This document shows, in pieces, positions 34,751 to 46,500 of a stretch of 64,000 nt of DNA; position 1 is the stretch's first letter; each line of letters starts with the position of its first letter. The stretch is taken from the NCBI RefSeq assembly GCF_000142905.1, contig NW_013657657.1, positions 392,396-456,395 on the forward strand, read 5' to 3'. The position numbers were made by a program, and so were the translations under genes. The notes below the pieces were generated by a model. It saw nothing but the letters and a program-made list of their open reading frames with translations. It made no database searches and was not told the origin of the DNA. This DNA comes from Thecamonas trahens ATCC 50062. Its lineage: Eukaryota > Protista > Apusomonadida.

Positions 34751-36526
34751 ATGTCAGCTGAAGCACAGGACAGAAGCCTCTACATCCCATCGGAAGTACG
34801 TTGCTACCTACTTGTCTACCACTTTGGCCATCCCCCCCCTCCATGCTATCTGGTCCCAACTGTTACCCATGCCCGTTGTCCTCGGGTCATACTTACTCTC
34901 CTCACTGACATCTGTGCTCGGTCATTGTTCGTTGGAATCCTTCCATTTATCGTGCCGTCTCGCTCTGTCCATCGTCTTCTCATCTCCTCATCGATCTCAT
35001 GTCGATTGCGTGCTCTCGTCGTCAATCGCATTGTCATTTCCATCATACACACACGCGCGCATGTGTGTGTGCATGTATGTGTGCAAATACATGTGTGTGT
35101 GTGTATGTGCTTGCCCTGCCAACTACTGGGTGTTGCCCTCGCTTCAACTGCCCTCGGATCACCACTGGCACAGGATCCGGACCACGGTCGCCGCTTTGGC
35201 ATTTACTGGGACTATGAGAATGCCCACATCCCCTCGGGCGCCGACATTGGTAACATCTTTGTCCGCATGCGCGCAGAGGTGGAGCGCCACGACGGCCGCA
35301 TCTCCTGCTTCAAGTGCTTCAACGCACCCGAGTCGCACCGGGTGCGGATGCAGGATCTGTCCATCGAGTGCATCAACGCATCCAAGAAGAACCGCAAGGA
35401 GGCTGCAGACCACCGCCTCGTGGTTGACATGTTCCGATTTGCGCTCGAGAACCCCAACACTCACCTCACCTTTGTCCTCATCTCGGGCGACTCGGACTTT
35501 GCCTACCCGCTGGCCACGCTGCGCAACTACAGCCACCGCATCTGGGTCTTTCACCCCAAGCAGGCGTCCAAGGCACTCCGCGATCACGCACATCTTGTTC
35601 GCCCCTGGAAACCCTTTTGCACCGCCGTCCGAACCAAAACCACCCTCATTACCCCGCGCCAGAGCTCCTCGTCCGCACCGGCGTTTGCAGGAGTCCAGTC
35701 CACCGCTCTCCTCCGCCCTGGTCTGATCGGCTCACCCGCGACCTCCCCGCCAGCCTCGGCCTCGACGTCGGCCTCGATCCCGACCTTGCTCAGCAGCACT
35801 GCTGCCGCTGACGCCGCTGCCGCCGATGATGGCAACGTTGTTGACGATGTCGACGACGCTGACGACGCTGACGACGACGACGACAACGATGATGATGACA
35901 ACATCGATGTTGACTCGGAGGCCTCGGCGGGCACCGTCGCCTCGTCGATGCTAGCCACTCACGCCATCGAGGCCCTGATGGAGATCTTCGAGGAGCATGT
36001 CGACGACGACGGCTCGATGCTCCGCTCCACACTCGGCATCAAGCTCCAGGAAAAGTACCCGTCACTGGTCCAGCGCCGCGGCGATGCACGGACACTCATC
36101 AAGCGAGCCATGGACCTTGGCCTCCTCGTCCCGAATCCGCTCTCGCAGCACTCGCTCTGTCACCCGTCGTCGCCCATCGTCGTTGGGACCGACTCGCCGC
36201 TCCCGGGCGATGAGGCAATCGACTCGGAGACTCTTGCCATTCTCCTCATCGAGGCTTCGCGCGAACACGACGAGACTGGCAAACTCAAGTTCTCGCTCGG
36301 CAGCCTCAAGAAGCGGCTCAAGGCGTACAATCACGAACTCGTCGCAAAGTCCAAGATCTCTGAGGCTCTGAACAAAGCCAAGTCGCTTGGCTACATCAAC
36401 GTCATCAAAGAGCCGGTCAACCGCACTCCTCGCTCCGGACAGAGCAAGAAGAGCATGCAGACGATGGTCGTTCTCGAGGCGCAAGGTCTGCGCCTCGCCA
36501 GCTCCCTCGCGGCCCAGTTTGAGTAG
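34751..36526 (+). CDS. NYN (PIN-like, MARF1/Limkain-b1 type) RNase with two C-terminal LOTUS/OST-HTH-like domains. Exon 1 34751-34795, intron 34796-35173
   Basis: GIYWDYEN, KEAADHRLVVDM, FVLISGDSDF catalytic acidic motifs. Two helical units (MLRSTLGIKLQEKYP...LIKRAMDLGLL; FSLGSLKKRLK...ALNKAKSLGYI). GTACGT...CAG phase-0 intron. Confidence 0.85.
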   Translation: MSAEAQDRSLYIPSEVRCYLLVYHFGHPPPPCYLVPTVTHARCPRVILTLLTDICARSLFVGILPFIVPSRSVHRLLISSSISCRLRALVVNRIVISIIHTRAHVCVHVCVQIHVCVCMCLPCQLLGVALASTALGSPLAQDPDHGRRFGIYWDYENAHIPSGADIGNIFVRMRAEVERHDGRISCFKCFNAPESHRVRMQDLSIECINASKKNRKEAADHRLVVDMFRFALENPNTHLTFVLISGDSDFAYPLATLRNYSHRIWVFHPKQASKALRDHAHLVRPWKPFCTAVRTKTTLITPRQSSSSAPAFAGVQSTALLRPGLIGSPATSPPASASTSASIPTLLSSTAAADAAAADDGNVVDDVDDADDADDDDDNDDDDNIDVDSEASAGTVASSMLATHAIEALMEIFEEHVDDDGSMLRSTLGIKLQEKYPSLVQRRGDARTLIKRAMDLGLLVPNPLSQHSLCHPSSPIVVGTDSPLPGDEAIDSETLAILLIEASREHDETGKLKFSLGSLKKRLKAYNHELVAKSKISEALNKAKSLGYINVIKEPVNRTPRSGQSKKSMQTMVVLEAQGLRLASSLAAQFE

Positions 36527-36745
36527 ACTCCCCCCCCCCCCCCCTCTCAGGCATCATCTCGCCTTCTCCATAAATTTTTTCCGCCCCCACCCCCCGCCCC
36601 CCACCCCCACCCCCACCTGGCGCGAACACGGGCGCGAGCGACCTGGCGGGGAGGCCTTGGACCCAGACGAAGTCCACCTGTCACCGTACGGTAGCAGTAG
36701 CCGACCCTCCGTGGTCACCCAACCAAACCTTAGACCATCCCCGCC

Positions 36746-39079
36746 ATGAGCGACTGGCCAACTGAGCCGTCTAATGTACGTACCTTCTCCCATGCCCATC
36801 CCCCTACTAGGGGGGCAACAAGGATAGCCAAGGAAAGTGCCGCCGGGGCAAAGACCTTCAAGTCGCTCAAGAACCGCCCCCCTCCCCCCCCTCCCCCCCC
36901 CCCCCCCCCCCCTCCCCCATTCCCACCATCCCCTCTATTCCGTCCTTCCTTCCTCTCGTCCTCTTCATCATCCACCATTGTGTATGGTGTGGTCTTGTTG
37001 GTGATGGGTGTGGAGGTGGGGGCGGAGGGTGAAAGGGCGCGAGAGGACGACTCGCGAACACCGGCATGAGGAAGGAGAAGGGGAAGAAGGGCAAGGGGGG
37101 GGGGGGGGGGGATACTCACCGACCGACCGACCGACCCACACGTACACATACATATGTGTGTACTCTATGTCTATGTCTATGTCTATGTCTATGTCTATGG
37201 GTTATGGTGCATCCCCCCCCCCCCCCCCCCCCTCATCATCATGGGTATACTCATTACCTCACCTCAACCACATACACATAAGCAGGGCTTCCCACCCCTC
37301 TTCGGTGGTATGTCTCCCTTTACACCCTCGCCATCGCCGCCGGTCATGGCCGGACGCCGGGGAGTGACCACGTCGCCGAGTGCTGACCTTCCGCTCGGCT
37401 TTGAGCCGTTCCTCTCCTCGCCACCTCCGCACTCTCTGCGATCGGTGGCTGGATCGGCTCCTTCGTCGTCGTCCAGGCTGCTAGGCATCATTCTTCAGGA
37501 AGATGAGTCGCCATGGGGCGCTCCGCCTACTCCATCCGACGCCACCGACATGCCCTCTATCCGCGCAGCCGCCGCTGAAGTTGCGCTCTCGTCGTCTCTC
37601 TCGGCTTCGTCGCCAGTCTTTGTACCCTCGGTCGCATCGACCGCTCCGTCGACAAACTCGCCGTCGCGCCCGCGGGCAGCCACCACCACCTCGACCGTCC
37701 ATGTCTTCCACTCGCCGACCACCCGCTCGCCCATTCAGCGGACGCCGACCCACTCGCCGCAGATGTCGTCACCGCCACAGCAGCAGCAGCAGCAGCAGCA
37801 GCAGCCGCCGCCACCGCGCCCCGCCGAGGAGCCGGCCGCCGACGACATCATGATGCTCTGCGCTCAGTTCCCGGACTTTGACCCCGAGTACATCTCGGAC
37901 ATCTACGCCGAGGCTGCCGAGTCGCGCCTCGCTGCCGCCGACACGCTCGCGCAGATGAACTTTTACCGCTCGCACCTCCACGCGCAGGGCCGCGGCCCGG
38001 CGCCTGCGCGCCGCGTCTGCCGCTACTACCAAGAGGGCGGGTGCTACCGCTCCGACTGCGCCTTTGTCCACACCGACACCCAGCTCTCGTGCTCGTACTG
38101 GCTCGTTGGCTCGTGCATGAAGGGTGCCGAGTGCGCCTTCCTCCATGGCCTCGACGACTCACACCGAGACGAGCTCGACGACATGCTTGCCTCACAAGAG
38201 GCTGCCGCCCGCGAGGCCTCCGAGGCCGCCACCGCCGCTGCCCTCGACGACGCCTTCTTTGCCCCGGCCCCGGCCCCGGCCCACGATGCCCCGCCCGTTC
38301 CCTCGATGGCCTCCAAGCTCAAGCGCGCCAAGCTCGGCGAGGAGTTTCCGCGAGTCAACGCCGGCGTCATTGACGAGATCTTTGAGGCCCACGGGTACAA
38401 CTACGACGCGACCAAGGCCGCCCTCATGGCCGAGCACGCCGACGGCTTTGTCGAGGTCTCGGACGTCGTCGGCGGCTCGCGGGCCGGCGGCCGCTCCGCC
38501 AGCAAGCGAACCAAGGCCAAGAGCATGCCGTGGCTCGAGACCGGCGATGCCCTCGCCGCCCTCTACGCCTCGGAGCGCGCGACTGCCGAGGACCTCGCCC
38601 GCACGCGCAACCACTACCTCCAGCAGTCTGCAGCCGCTTTTCGCGCCGGCGACAAGGCGCTTGCCAAAGACCTCTCCCGTAAGGGTCGCGCCATCGAGGA
38701 CCAGATGCACGAGGCCCACGCGATTGCCGCCCGCAACATCTTTGCCGCCCGCAACCCGCCCAGCCTTCTCGAGTCCAAGAAGGTTATAGACCTCCACGGC
38801 CTCCACCCCGATGAGGCCGTCGACCACCTGAGCGCCGTCCTCGACTCGCTCATCGCCTCGGGCATCATGGCCTACGTCCTCGTCGTCACCGGGACCGGCC
38901 ATCACAACGCTCTCGCCAAGAACGGCCTTGTCGAGCCGGCCGTTGCCGACTACCTCGCCGAGTCGGGCCTCGTCTACTCCGACGCCTCCGTGGACGGGCG
39001 CGGCGGCTGTTTGCGGGTCTCGCTCCCTCGGCCTGACCGCTCCGTCCGTACCGGAAGGCATCATGGCGGAAAGCGATAA
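36746..39079 (+). CDS. PAM2-CUE-CCCHx2-CUE-DUF1771-Smr endonuclease (Cue2/N4BP2/CID7-like). Exon 1 36746-36775, intron 36776-37285
   Basis: LSASSPVFVP (PAM2-like); LCAQFPDFDPEYI and LGEEFPRV (CUE-like); two C-x7-C-x5-C-x3-H fingers; IDLHGLHPDEA...VVTGTGHH (Smr). GTACGT...AAGCAG phase-0 intron. Confidence 0.85.
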
Positions 39080-39189
39080 AGTTGAAAAAAGTGAGCAGCG
39101 TCGGCGCGTGCAGCAGGAACGTGCGCGATGAGGACACGTTGAGCTTGTCAGCGTCGGCGAGAAGCAAGTTATCATGCCCTTCTCTTGCG

Positions 39190-40874
39190 TCACCGCCCGT
39201 TCGCCCGCAGCAGCCGCACCACGGCGGCCATCCACGCCTCGGAAATAACCGGCGAGTAGCAAAAGTGAGTGCAATCGCAGCCAAACGGCTGGTCGGGCGC
39301 GTCATGTCGGAGGCCCAGGTGCGCCGCGTTGAGATCGCGCGTCATCTCCCACAGCGGGAGGACATGGAGCCACTCGTGGGCGGCGTCGACCTCGGTGCGG
39401 ACTTCTTCCATGAGACTGTTCCGCACCTGCTTGTCCGTCGAGTTGGTTGGTGAGCAGCGGCACGGGCTACCTGGCTCGGCATGGACCTTGCTCTCAAACA
39501 GGCCCGAGCCATCGGTTGTCTCAAAGTGCTGTGTCGACGTCTCCTGGAAGATGAAGACATGGTCGGGATGCTGGGCCCACTCCTCGACTTGGCCAAACAG
39601 CTCCCGCAGCATGGCCCGGTACTTTTCGCGCTCGTCCTCGGTCCGGATGGTCATGTGCAGCCCGATGTTGACCACAATGACGTCTGCCACCTTCATCGCC
39701 CGCGCCACGTTCTCCACGTTGTGCCGGTAGTGGTCCATCCGGCCCACAAAGCCACCAAACGGGCTGACAAGACCATCAAAGCCCGAGTTGTCGGCAAAAA
39801 TCAGCTTGCCTACATGCATGCCGGCAACCTTGGCCGTGCACCCGAGAAACGCCTGCATTTGCCCCGAGATGGAGTCGCCGCCCTGGATCAGGATTCGTCC
39901 TCCGAGCTCGGCCCAGAACTCGGCGATGCCGACTCGCGGAAAGTGGGCCAGAACAGACGGCATTGCCACCTGCCGGAGCCGGGCCAGCGGCTCCTCACAT
40001 GACCGCGGCAAAACCGACGACGTCCGCAACCCCTCGTTGTTCACAGAGCACGGCGCCGAGTCAGCATGGTCCACATCGGACGGCACACACGAGATGCAAT
40101 GGATGGTGACCGAAGCGAGCTCGGCATTGGTCCGCGCAAGCAGTGCATCTGCGATGTCACTTTGTGCCGGCATACGTCGGCCATCAGCGCACACGCTTCG
40201 ACAGTTGGCCGACACAGCGGGTGGAACTCCGGGCTCGGCAGGCATTCGCCGCGCGGGAGATTGCGGGTCACCGCCGTGTTGACAAAGTCCGAGTCGAACG
40301 CTGGCTCGTCCGACTCGACCACCACCGGCGACAGGACCACTCGATCGCCACCGTTCACGACCGCCACACCACCGCTAGCCATTGCTGCCGCCTGCAACGC
40401 CTCGTACGCCGCTTGGCTCTTCTCACTCAGCACCCCAGGCGCCGAGTCTCCACCAAAGACCAGAAACGACGGAAAGACCTCCACAGACCCGCTCGCGGCC
40501 AATGGAGTCGGAGCCGGAGCCGTAGCCGGTGTAGAGGTGGACGGTGAGCCAACTTGCTCATGATGATCGTCATGGTGATCAAGTTGATCATGTTGGTCGT
40601 CATGTTGATCGTCATGTTGGTCATGTGACTGTGCTTGATCGTCTTGCTGGTCGGGTGGACTTGATGTATGTCCATGTTGTTGATTATGACCATGATCATG
40701 GCCATGATCAGGAGGCGAGTAGGGTGGTGGGCGAAGAGTGACACGTTCAGACTGATGAGCCAAGTTGCGGTCTGAGAACAGGGCGACGACCACCAGTACG
40801 CTCCCCACACACACCATGAGCAGGAAAGGAAGTCTCATGCGTCGTCCAAATACCTTACGGGGGAACCTCACCAT
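39190..40874 (-). CDS. PC-esterase/TBL-like SGNH O-acyltransferase or esterase, type II membrane protein, copy A; apparent -1 frameshift at ~40162
   Basis: N-terminal TM; GGDSIS; VNIGLH; DCTHFC. Colinear with the paralogue across the join CRHK/SDI when one A is added to AAA. Confidence 0.8.
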
Positions 40875-41066
40875 GCCGGAATGCTTGGTGAGGTGTCCGT
40901 GTCTGTGTTTGAGTCCTGTGTCCGTCTCTGGGATGTCTCAGTTCTCTGTCCGACTCGTGCAGCGAGGTCGACCCGTTCAGCGAGGGCGATTCCAATCCGT
41001 ACCACATGCTGTGTCAGTGAGGATCGGTGGATGTGGGGTGATGAGCTTACTGGCGATGGTGGTGTT

Positions 41067-41552
41067 CAGGGCGATGGGGATCTGGTCGTTGGCTGGAGGT
41101 GTGACAGGGCGATGGGGATCTGGTCGTGGGTTAGAGGTGGGACAGGGCGCCGGGGATCTGGTCGTTGGCTGGAGGTGGGACAGGGCGCCGGGGATCTGGT
41201 CGTTGGATGGAGGTGGGACAGGGCGACGGGGATCTGGTCGTTGGCTAGAGGTGGGACAGGGCGACAGGGATCTGGTCGTTGGCTGGAGGTGGGACATGGC
41301 GCCGGGGATCTGGTCGTTGGCTGGAGGTGGGACAGGGCGATGGGGATCTGGTCGTGGGTTAGAGGTGGGACAGGGCGCCGGGGATCTGGTCGTTGGATGG
41401 AGGTGGGACAGGGCGATGGGGATCTGGTCGTTGGCTAGAGGTGGGACAGGGCGACAGGGATCTGGTCGTTGGCTGGAGGTGGGACAGGGCGACGGGGATC
41501 TGGTCGTTGGCTGGGGGTGGGACAGGGCGACAGGGATCTGGTCGTGGGTTAG
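41067..41552. repeat. 38-bp G-rich minisatellite, ~13 copies
   Basis: GATCTGGTCG recurs every 38 bp from 41079 to 41535. Confidence 0.95.
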
Positions 41553-41589
41553 GCCAGCCCACGCATGACACCATGACCGGACAAGAGTC

Positions 41590-43260
41590 TCAGCTAGCTG
41601 CAGCAGAGCGCAGTATCCGAACAATCGCCGCCATCCACGCCTCGCTGAGGGCAGGCGCAAAGCAAAAGTGCGTGCAGTCGCAGTCAACGGGCTCGCCTTT
41701 GGGGTTGATGCGGAGGCCAGAATGGACGGCATGATCATCACGGGTCATCTCCCACAGCGGGAGGATGTGTACCCACTCATGGTCCGGGTCGACCTCGTCG
41801 CGGATCTCGTCCAGCAACGCGTTGCGGATTTGCTTGTCGGTCGAGTTCATGGGCGTGCAGACGCACGGATCTCGCGGTTTGCGCTTCGTGTGGCGCTCAA
41901 AGAGGCCCGAGCCGTCGACCGACGCAAAGTGCTGCGCCGACGTCTGCTGAAAGATAAAGACGTGACCAGGCTCGAGTGCCCACTCCTTCACCTGCGCAAA
42001 CAGCGCCCGGAGCATGTCGCGGTAGGCCTCACACTGTGCATCGTTGAACACATTCATGTGCAGCCCGATGTTGACCATGATGATGTCTGCCACATGCATC
42101 GCCCGCTCCAGGTTGACCGCGTTGTGCTTGTAGTGATCCATGCGGCCAACAAAGCCTCCCGCCGGGCCGATGACTCCATCGACAGCCATGTCGTCTTCGA
42201 TGGTCAGCTTGCCCGGCTGCGCACCCGCAACAGCAACCGTGCACCCAAAGTACGACTGCAGCTGGGCAGAAATCGAGTCGCCGCCTTGGATCAGGATCCG
42301 ACCATCGAGCTCGGCCCAGAACTCGCTGACGCCCGCTCGAGGGAAGCGAGCAAGCAAAGACGGCATCGCTACCTCCCGCAGCCGAGCCCTCGTCGCCTTG
42401 CACGACTGCGGCGAAACATACATACGCGACCCGTCCTCTTCCGCATTGCAAGGCGCACCAGCCGCAGCTGCGATGTCCGGCTGGGGGCACGACAGGCAAT
42501 GCATGATCACGGCGACTGACTCTGTCTCAATCTTCGACATCATTGCATTGACAATGTCGTTCTTCCGCTCACACATGTCCTTCATCACCTTGCATGCCTC
42601 CACTGTTGGGCGGCAGAGCTGATGGCGTTCGGGATTGGGCAAACAGTCATCGCGTGGGAGGACCTTTCCGAGCGCAACGTTGGCCTGGTCCGAGACAAAC
42701 GGCGGCGCATCCGAGTGGACTGTCACCGGCAGTAGTGCAAGCACCTCTTCACCATCAACAACAGCAACGTCGCCACTGGCCGCCGCCTGTGCTTGCATCG
42801 CCTCATACTCGCTCTGGCTCTTCTCTCCCAGCGCCTCAGGCGCCGATCCCCGACCCATTACCATGTACGACGGAAAGACCAGGACCGATCCTCCATCCGA
42901 CGACGGAGAAGACGGCAAGTCGGTGGCGGACACAGTCGACGCTGGCTCTGTCCGCGCGTCGTCCGGGGGCGATGATGATGACGATGATGACGACGGCGAT
43001 GACGACGGCGATGATGGTGGCGATGTGGACGGTGATGTTGATGTCGATGTTGATGGCGAGTTTGAGGATGGCGGCGAGGTTGACGGCGACGATGATGGTG
43101 ACGTCGATGACGACGAATGAGCAGCGACCAAATCCAAACGAAGGACATGGTGACGAGGAGAGGTCCAGACGAGCCTTACCAGGATGACCGAGGCCACACC
43201 GGCAGCAAAGGCTACCAAGAACATGCTACGTCGCCACCGCCATGGCTGCAGCACTCGCAT
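41590..43260 (-). CDS. PC-esterase/TBL-like SGNH protein, type II membrane protein, copy B
   Basis: N-terminal TM, Ser/Pro stem, GGDSIS, VNIGLH, DCDCTHFC; clearly paralogous to 39190-40874. Confidence 0.85.
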   Translation of the reverse strand: MRVLQPWRWRRSMFLVAFAAGVASVILVRLVWTSPRHHVLRLDLVAAHSSSSTSPSSSPSTSPPSSNSPSTSTSTSPSTSPPSSPSSSPSSSSSSSSPPDDARTEPASTVSATDLPSSPSSDGGSVLVFPSYMVMGRGSAPEALGEKSQSEYEAMQAQAAASGDVAVVDGEEVLALLPVTVHSDAPPFVSDQANVALGKVLPRDDCLPNPERHQLCRPTVEACKVMKDMCERKNDIVNAMMSKIETESVAVIMHCLSCPQPDIAAAAGAPCNAEEDGSRMYVSPQSCKATRARLREVAMPSLLARFPRAGVSEFWAELDGRILIQGGDSISAQLQSYFGCTVAVAGAQPGKLTIEDDMAVDGVIGPAGGFVGRMDHYKHNAVNLERAMHVADIIMVNIGLHMNVFNDAQCEAYRDMLRALFAQVKEWALEPGHVFIFQQTSAQHFASVDGSGLFERHTKRKPRDPCVCTPMNSTDKQIRNALLDEIRDEVDPDHEWVHILPLWEMTRDDHAVHSGLRINPKGEPVDCDCTHFCFAPALSEAWMAAIVRILRSAAAS

Positions 43261-43583
43261 GGATGGCGACTTGGTCCTCCCTCTCTTAGAGACGGGTGTC
43301 TTGACCTCTCTCCTTCTCCGCCTCTCCTTCTCTCCGCATCTCCGCTCCGAGTCTCGCTTTGCCGGCGCAGACCCCTGGCGCCGTCCGTCCCTCCCGTCCG
43401 TCCCCCCTTTTGGTTGCCGACCAAGCGGCGGCTCTGCTGGCCAGCCGCATCTTGGCTACGCACTCAGGCAGCCATCGGCAGACTCGTGTGTTCACATCAT
43501 GTCAAGGAGATGTCTGACCGTTGCTGCCCCTCAAGATCACCGCCCATCCCCGTCAAGACATGAGCCTCGATGCCACGATCCTT

Positions 43584-46500
43584 TTACTGCGTCGTCGGAC
43601 AAACACCGATGCCCACGTGGTCCTCGATCCACTTGAGCTCGCGGAGGATTTTGGCCACCGTAGGGTGCTTCGTCGGCACCTGGTTACACACCGCCTCGGC
43701 CACAGCCGTGAGAACCACATCGCGGTATGTCTCATTCTTCAGCTGTAGCACGTCGATCGTCAGGCTGTGGACCTCCACAAAACCCGCAAGAAGCGCAGCA
43801 AGGACGTTGTTCTTGTCCTCCGCATCACCCACCACATCGAGCACAGCAGCCAAGAACTTCTCGCACACTTCCATCGTGCGCGCCACGCTCAACTCTTCCT
43901 CGCTCGGCCGGGGCGCAATCGGCGCCCGCAGCAGCATGCCCGACACTCGCGACAGGCTTGCCAGGTCGACGAGGCCGGCACAGCCACCCTCGATCCGAAT
44001 CGCACTCACAATCCGCAGGGCCATCTCCCGCGTCGCTGCGTCGATTGCTTTGCCGTACTGTGGCGTGTTGGTCCTCGCCTCCAGCACGCGTGCCGCCGAT
44101 CGATCAAGCACCTCGAGCACCCGCGACGTTTCACGGACCGAGTCGGCGTCGTCGCCATAGAGCGGCACTACCTGCCGCTCAACCACAAGCCGCGCGTCCA
44201 GCGTCCGTGCCAGCGGATACATCGTCTTCAGCCTCGGCCGACACAGGTTGCCCTCGTTGAACATGTTGATCGCATCGTACACGCAATACTGCGCATCCTG
44301 TACCACGCTCATCTTCACCCACTTGTTCAGCCGCTCGCCGGTCACCCCAAACGAGTCGAACCACGAGAGAACGACTGCGCAAATCCCGCGCGCCGTCGCC
44401 GCCGAGCCATCCTCAATCGGCACGAGCGACGCCGCAACCGCAAGCGTGTCCAGGTTTTCCGCAATGTTCGACACCGTCACCCCGTCAGACACTCTGCCGG
44501 GGCAGTCGAGAGTGGCCACCGCGGTCATCCGCGCCCCATCTCTCAGCCTCTGCTGCGCATCGGCGGCCTTGATCCCACACCTGGCTCCGCGCGCCTGCAC
44601 TTCCACCCGCAGATCTGCGCCCAGCTTGTCCAGCTCGTCATCAGGGAACGACCGCCGCTTGTACCGCAGCACGTAGCTCGGCAGGTCGTCGCACTCGATC
44701 TGCGCCAGCTCACGGACAACATCCTCGCCTGCGACTTCCAGCCCGTTCTCGGCGCAGATTCGTGCCTCCGTCTCTGCGTCGAGCATGTAGCCGAGTCGCG
44801 CAAGCACCAATGCTTCGGCCGTCATCATCGCCGGCGCTGCTCGGATCCGCGACTCGAAACCAGGGAGGATAAGCTCTTGCAGCGGCGTCGCCTCACCACC
44901 CGGCGTCCGCGGGCAGACCTTGTCTGGCGCAAACTGCCACAGCATCCGCTGCACGTCAATCGTCACTGACCCGGTCTCGGTAACCTCCGTGTACGCAGCC
45001 CGCAGATCGACATCGGTCACCAAGCCCGCCTCGCGCCACGCGCTCAGCGCTGCAGCCGGCTCGGCCTCACCTGCAAGGGCCTCGCCCAGATGATGCGCCA
45101 GCGCAGGCTCATCGCGGAAAGGGATTCCTTTCACGCCAGCCCTGAGAGCGTCAACCACAGCGCCGCATCCACCGCCGATAAGTCGGATCGGCCATGCCCA
45201 CGGTGACTCGCTGTCGATTGTCTCGTTCCGAGCCGCTTCGGACACGGTACGCCGCACAGCTGTCCACCCGGCGAGCCGATGCAGCATCCGCACTCGCTCG
45301 CCCATGTCCGGCGTGGTCGACTCGAGCATTTCCGACGCGATGTCCGTCACAAGCGCCACTGCGTCGTCACTCTGAAGCACGACGCTCAGCCCGTTATCGA
45401 GGCTTTGTGCGCTGACCAGCGCAAGGTACGCCCAGCCGCCTGCGCTGATCTTGCGCAGCTGCGGCCGCAGCTGCTCCATCCGCCCCGACTTCCAGTTGCT
45501 GTCGATCAGTACCGCGTGAAGCATGTCCAGACTGGGATGCGCGCTTGCTCCGGCGCTGATCGTCTCCCGCAGCACCGGTACCCACCCGCCTGCCTCACCG
45601 CTCTCGCACCATCGCTTCATGCAAGCCATCAGCGCCTCGCCGTGGACCGGAGTCCGGTCAAGCAGCTCCGCAAGCTGCTCGGCCGACATGCTGCAGATCG
45701 CGGCAGCAACGGCGGGCGTGAGCAGGACTTTGCGTGCGGCATCGGTGCCGGCACCGAACAGATGCGGTGCAAGCGTCTCAACCTCGACCTCGCGCCGCGG
45801 CGTGAGTGGAACCCGCGCCGCAAGCAGCAGGTCCACATCGTTGGCTGTCACCTCGACCTCGACACCTGCCCGTGCCAGCGACCACCGGATGACCGCCAGC
45901 TGCGTCCGCAGCGGTAGCATCCTCCCCGCACCCGTGCACATGGTTGCAATCGGCGAGTCTGCCCGCGCCATGTCCTGCAAGACAGCGACGGCGCGCGGAT
46001 GCTGCGTCACCCGCAGGTTGCGGAGGAGAGCCTCGAGGACTTCTGGCCGAACACAGGCCATCACAAGCGCAGGCTTGTGGTACGTGGCGATGATGGCTAT
46101 GAACAGACTCGCCGAGTGCGGGAACGACCGCCACGCCACCTTGATTGCATCCCAGTCAAGATGGCCCTGCTCAGCCACACGCTGCAGCACTTCGTCGCCG
46201 GATCCGCTCCGCAGGCTCGGTGCCGCGTACACCGCCGGCCCACGCCGAATCCCTGCTTCATCCGACGCGCAGAGATGCACGCACAGATGCGCAGAGAGGA
46301 CCGGCCGCATCCGCGCCAGCACGTCTTCACACGCCATCAGTGCATTGCTTGTTGCTGCAAGTTCGCGTCCGAGGCTGCTGTTGTCGTCGATGCGGGCGCT
46401 CAGCACGTGGCGCGTCCACATCGCCAGCCGCACGCCCTGTGGCACAAGCTGAAACATGTCCGATCCGAAGCAGCACTCGTAGAACGGGACGCGAATGTGG

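Noticed and set aside
41067-41552. CRISPR-like array
   Set aside because: Units are contiguous with only point variants; no unique spacers, no cas genes, eukaryotic context.
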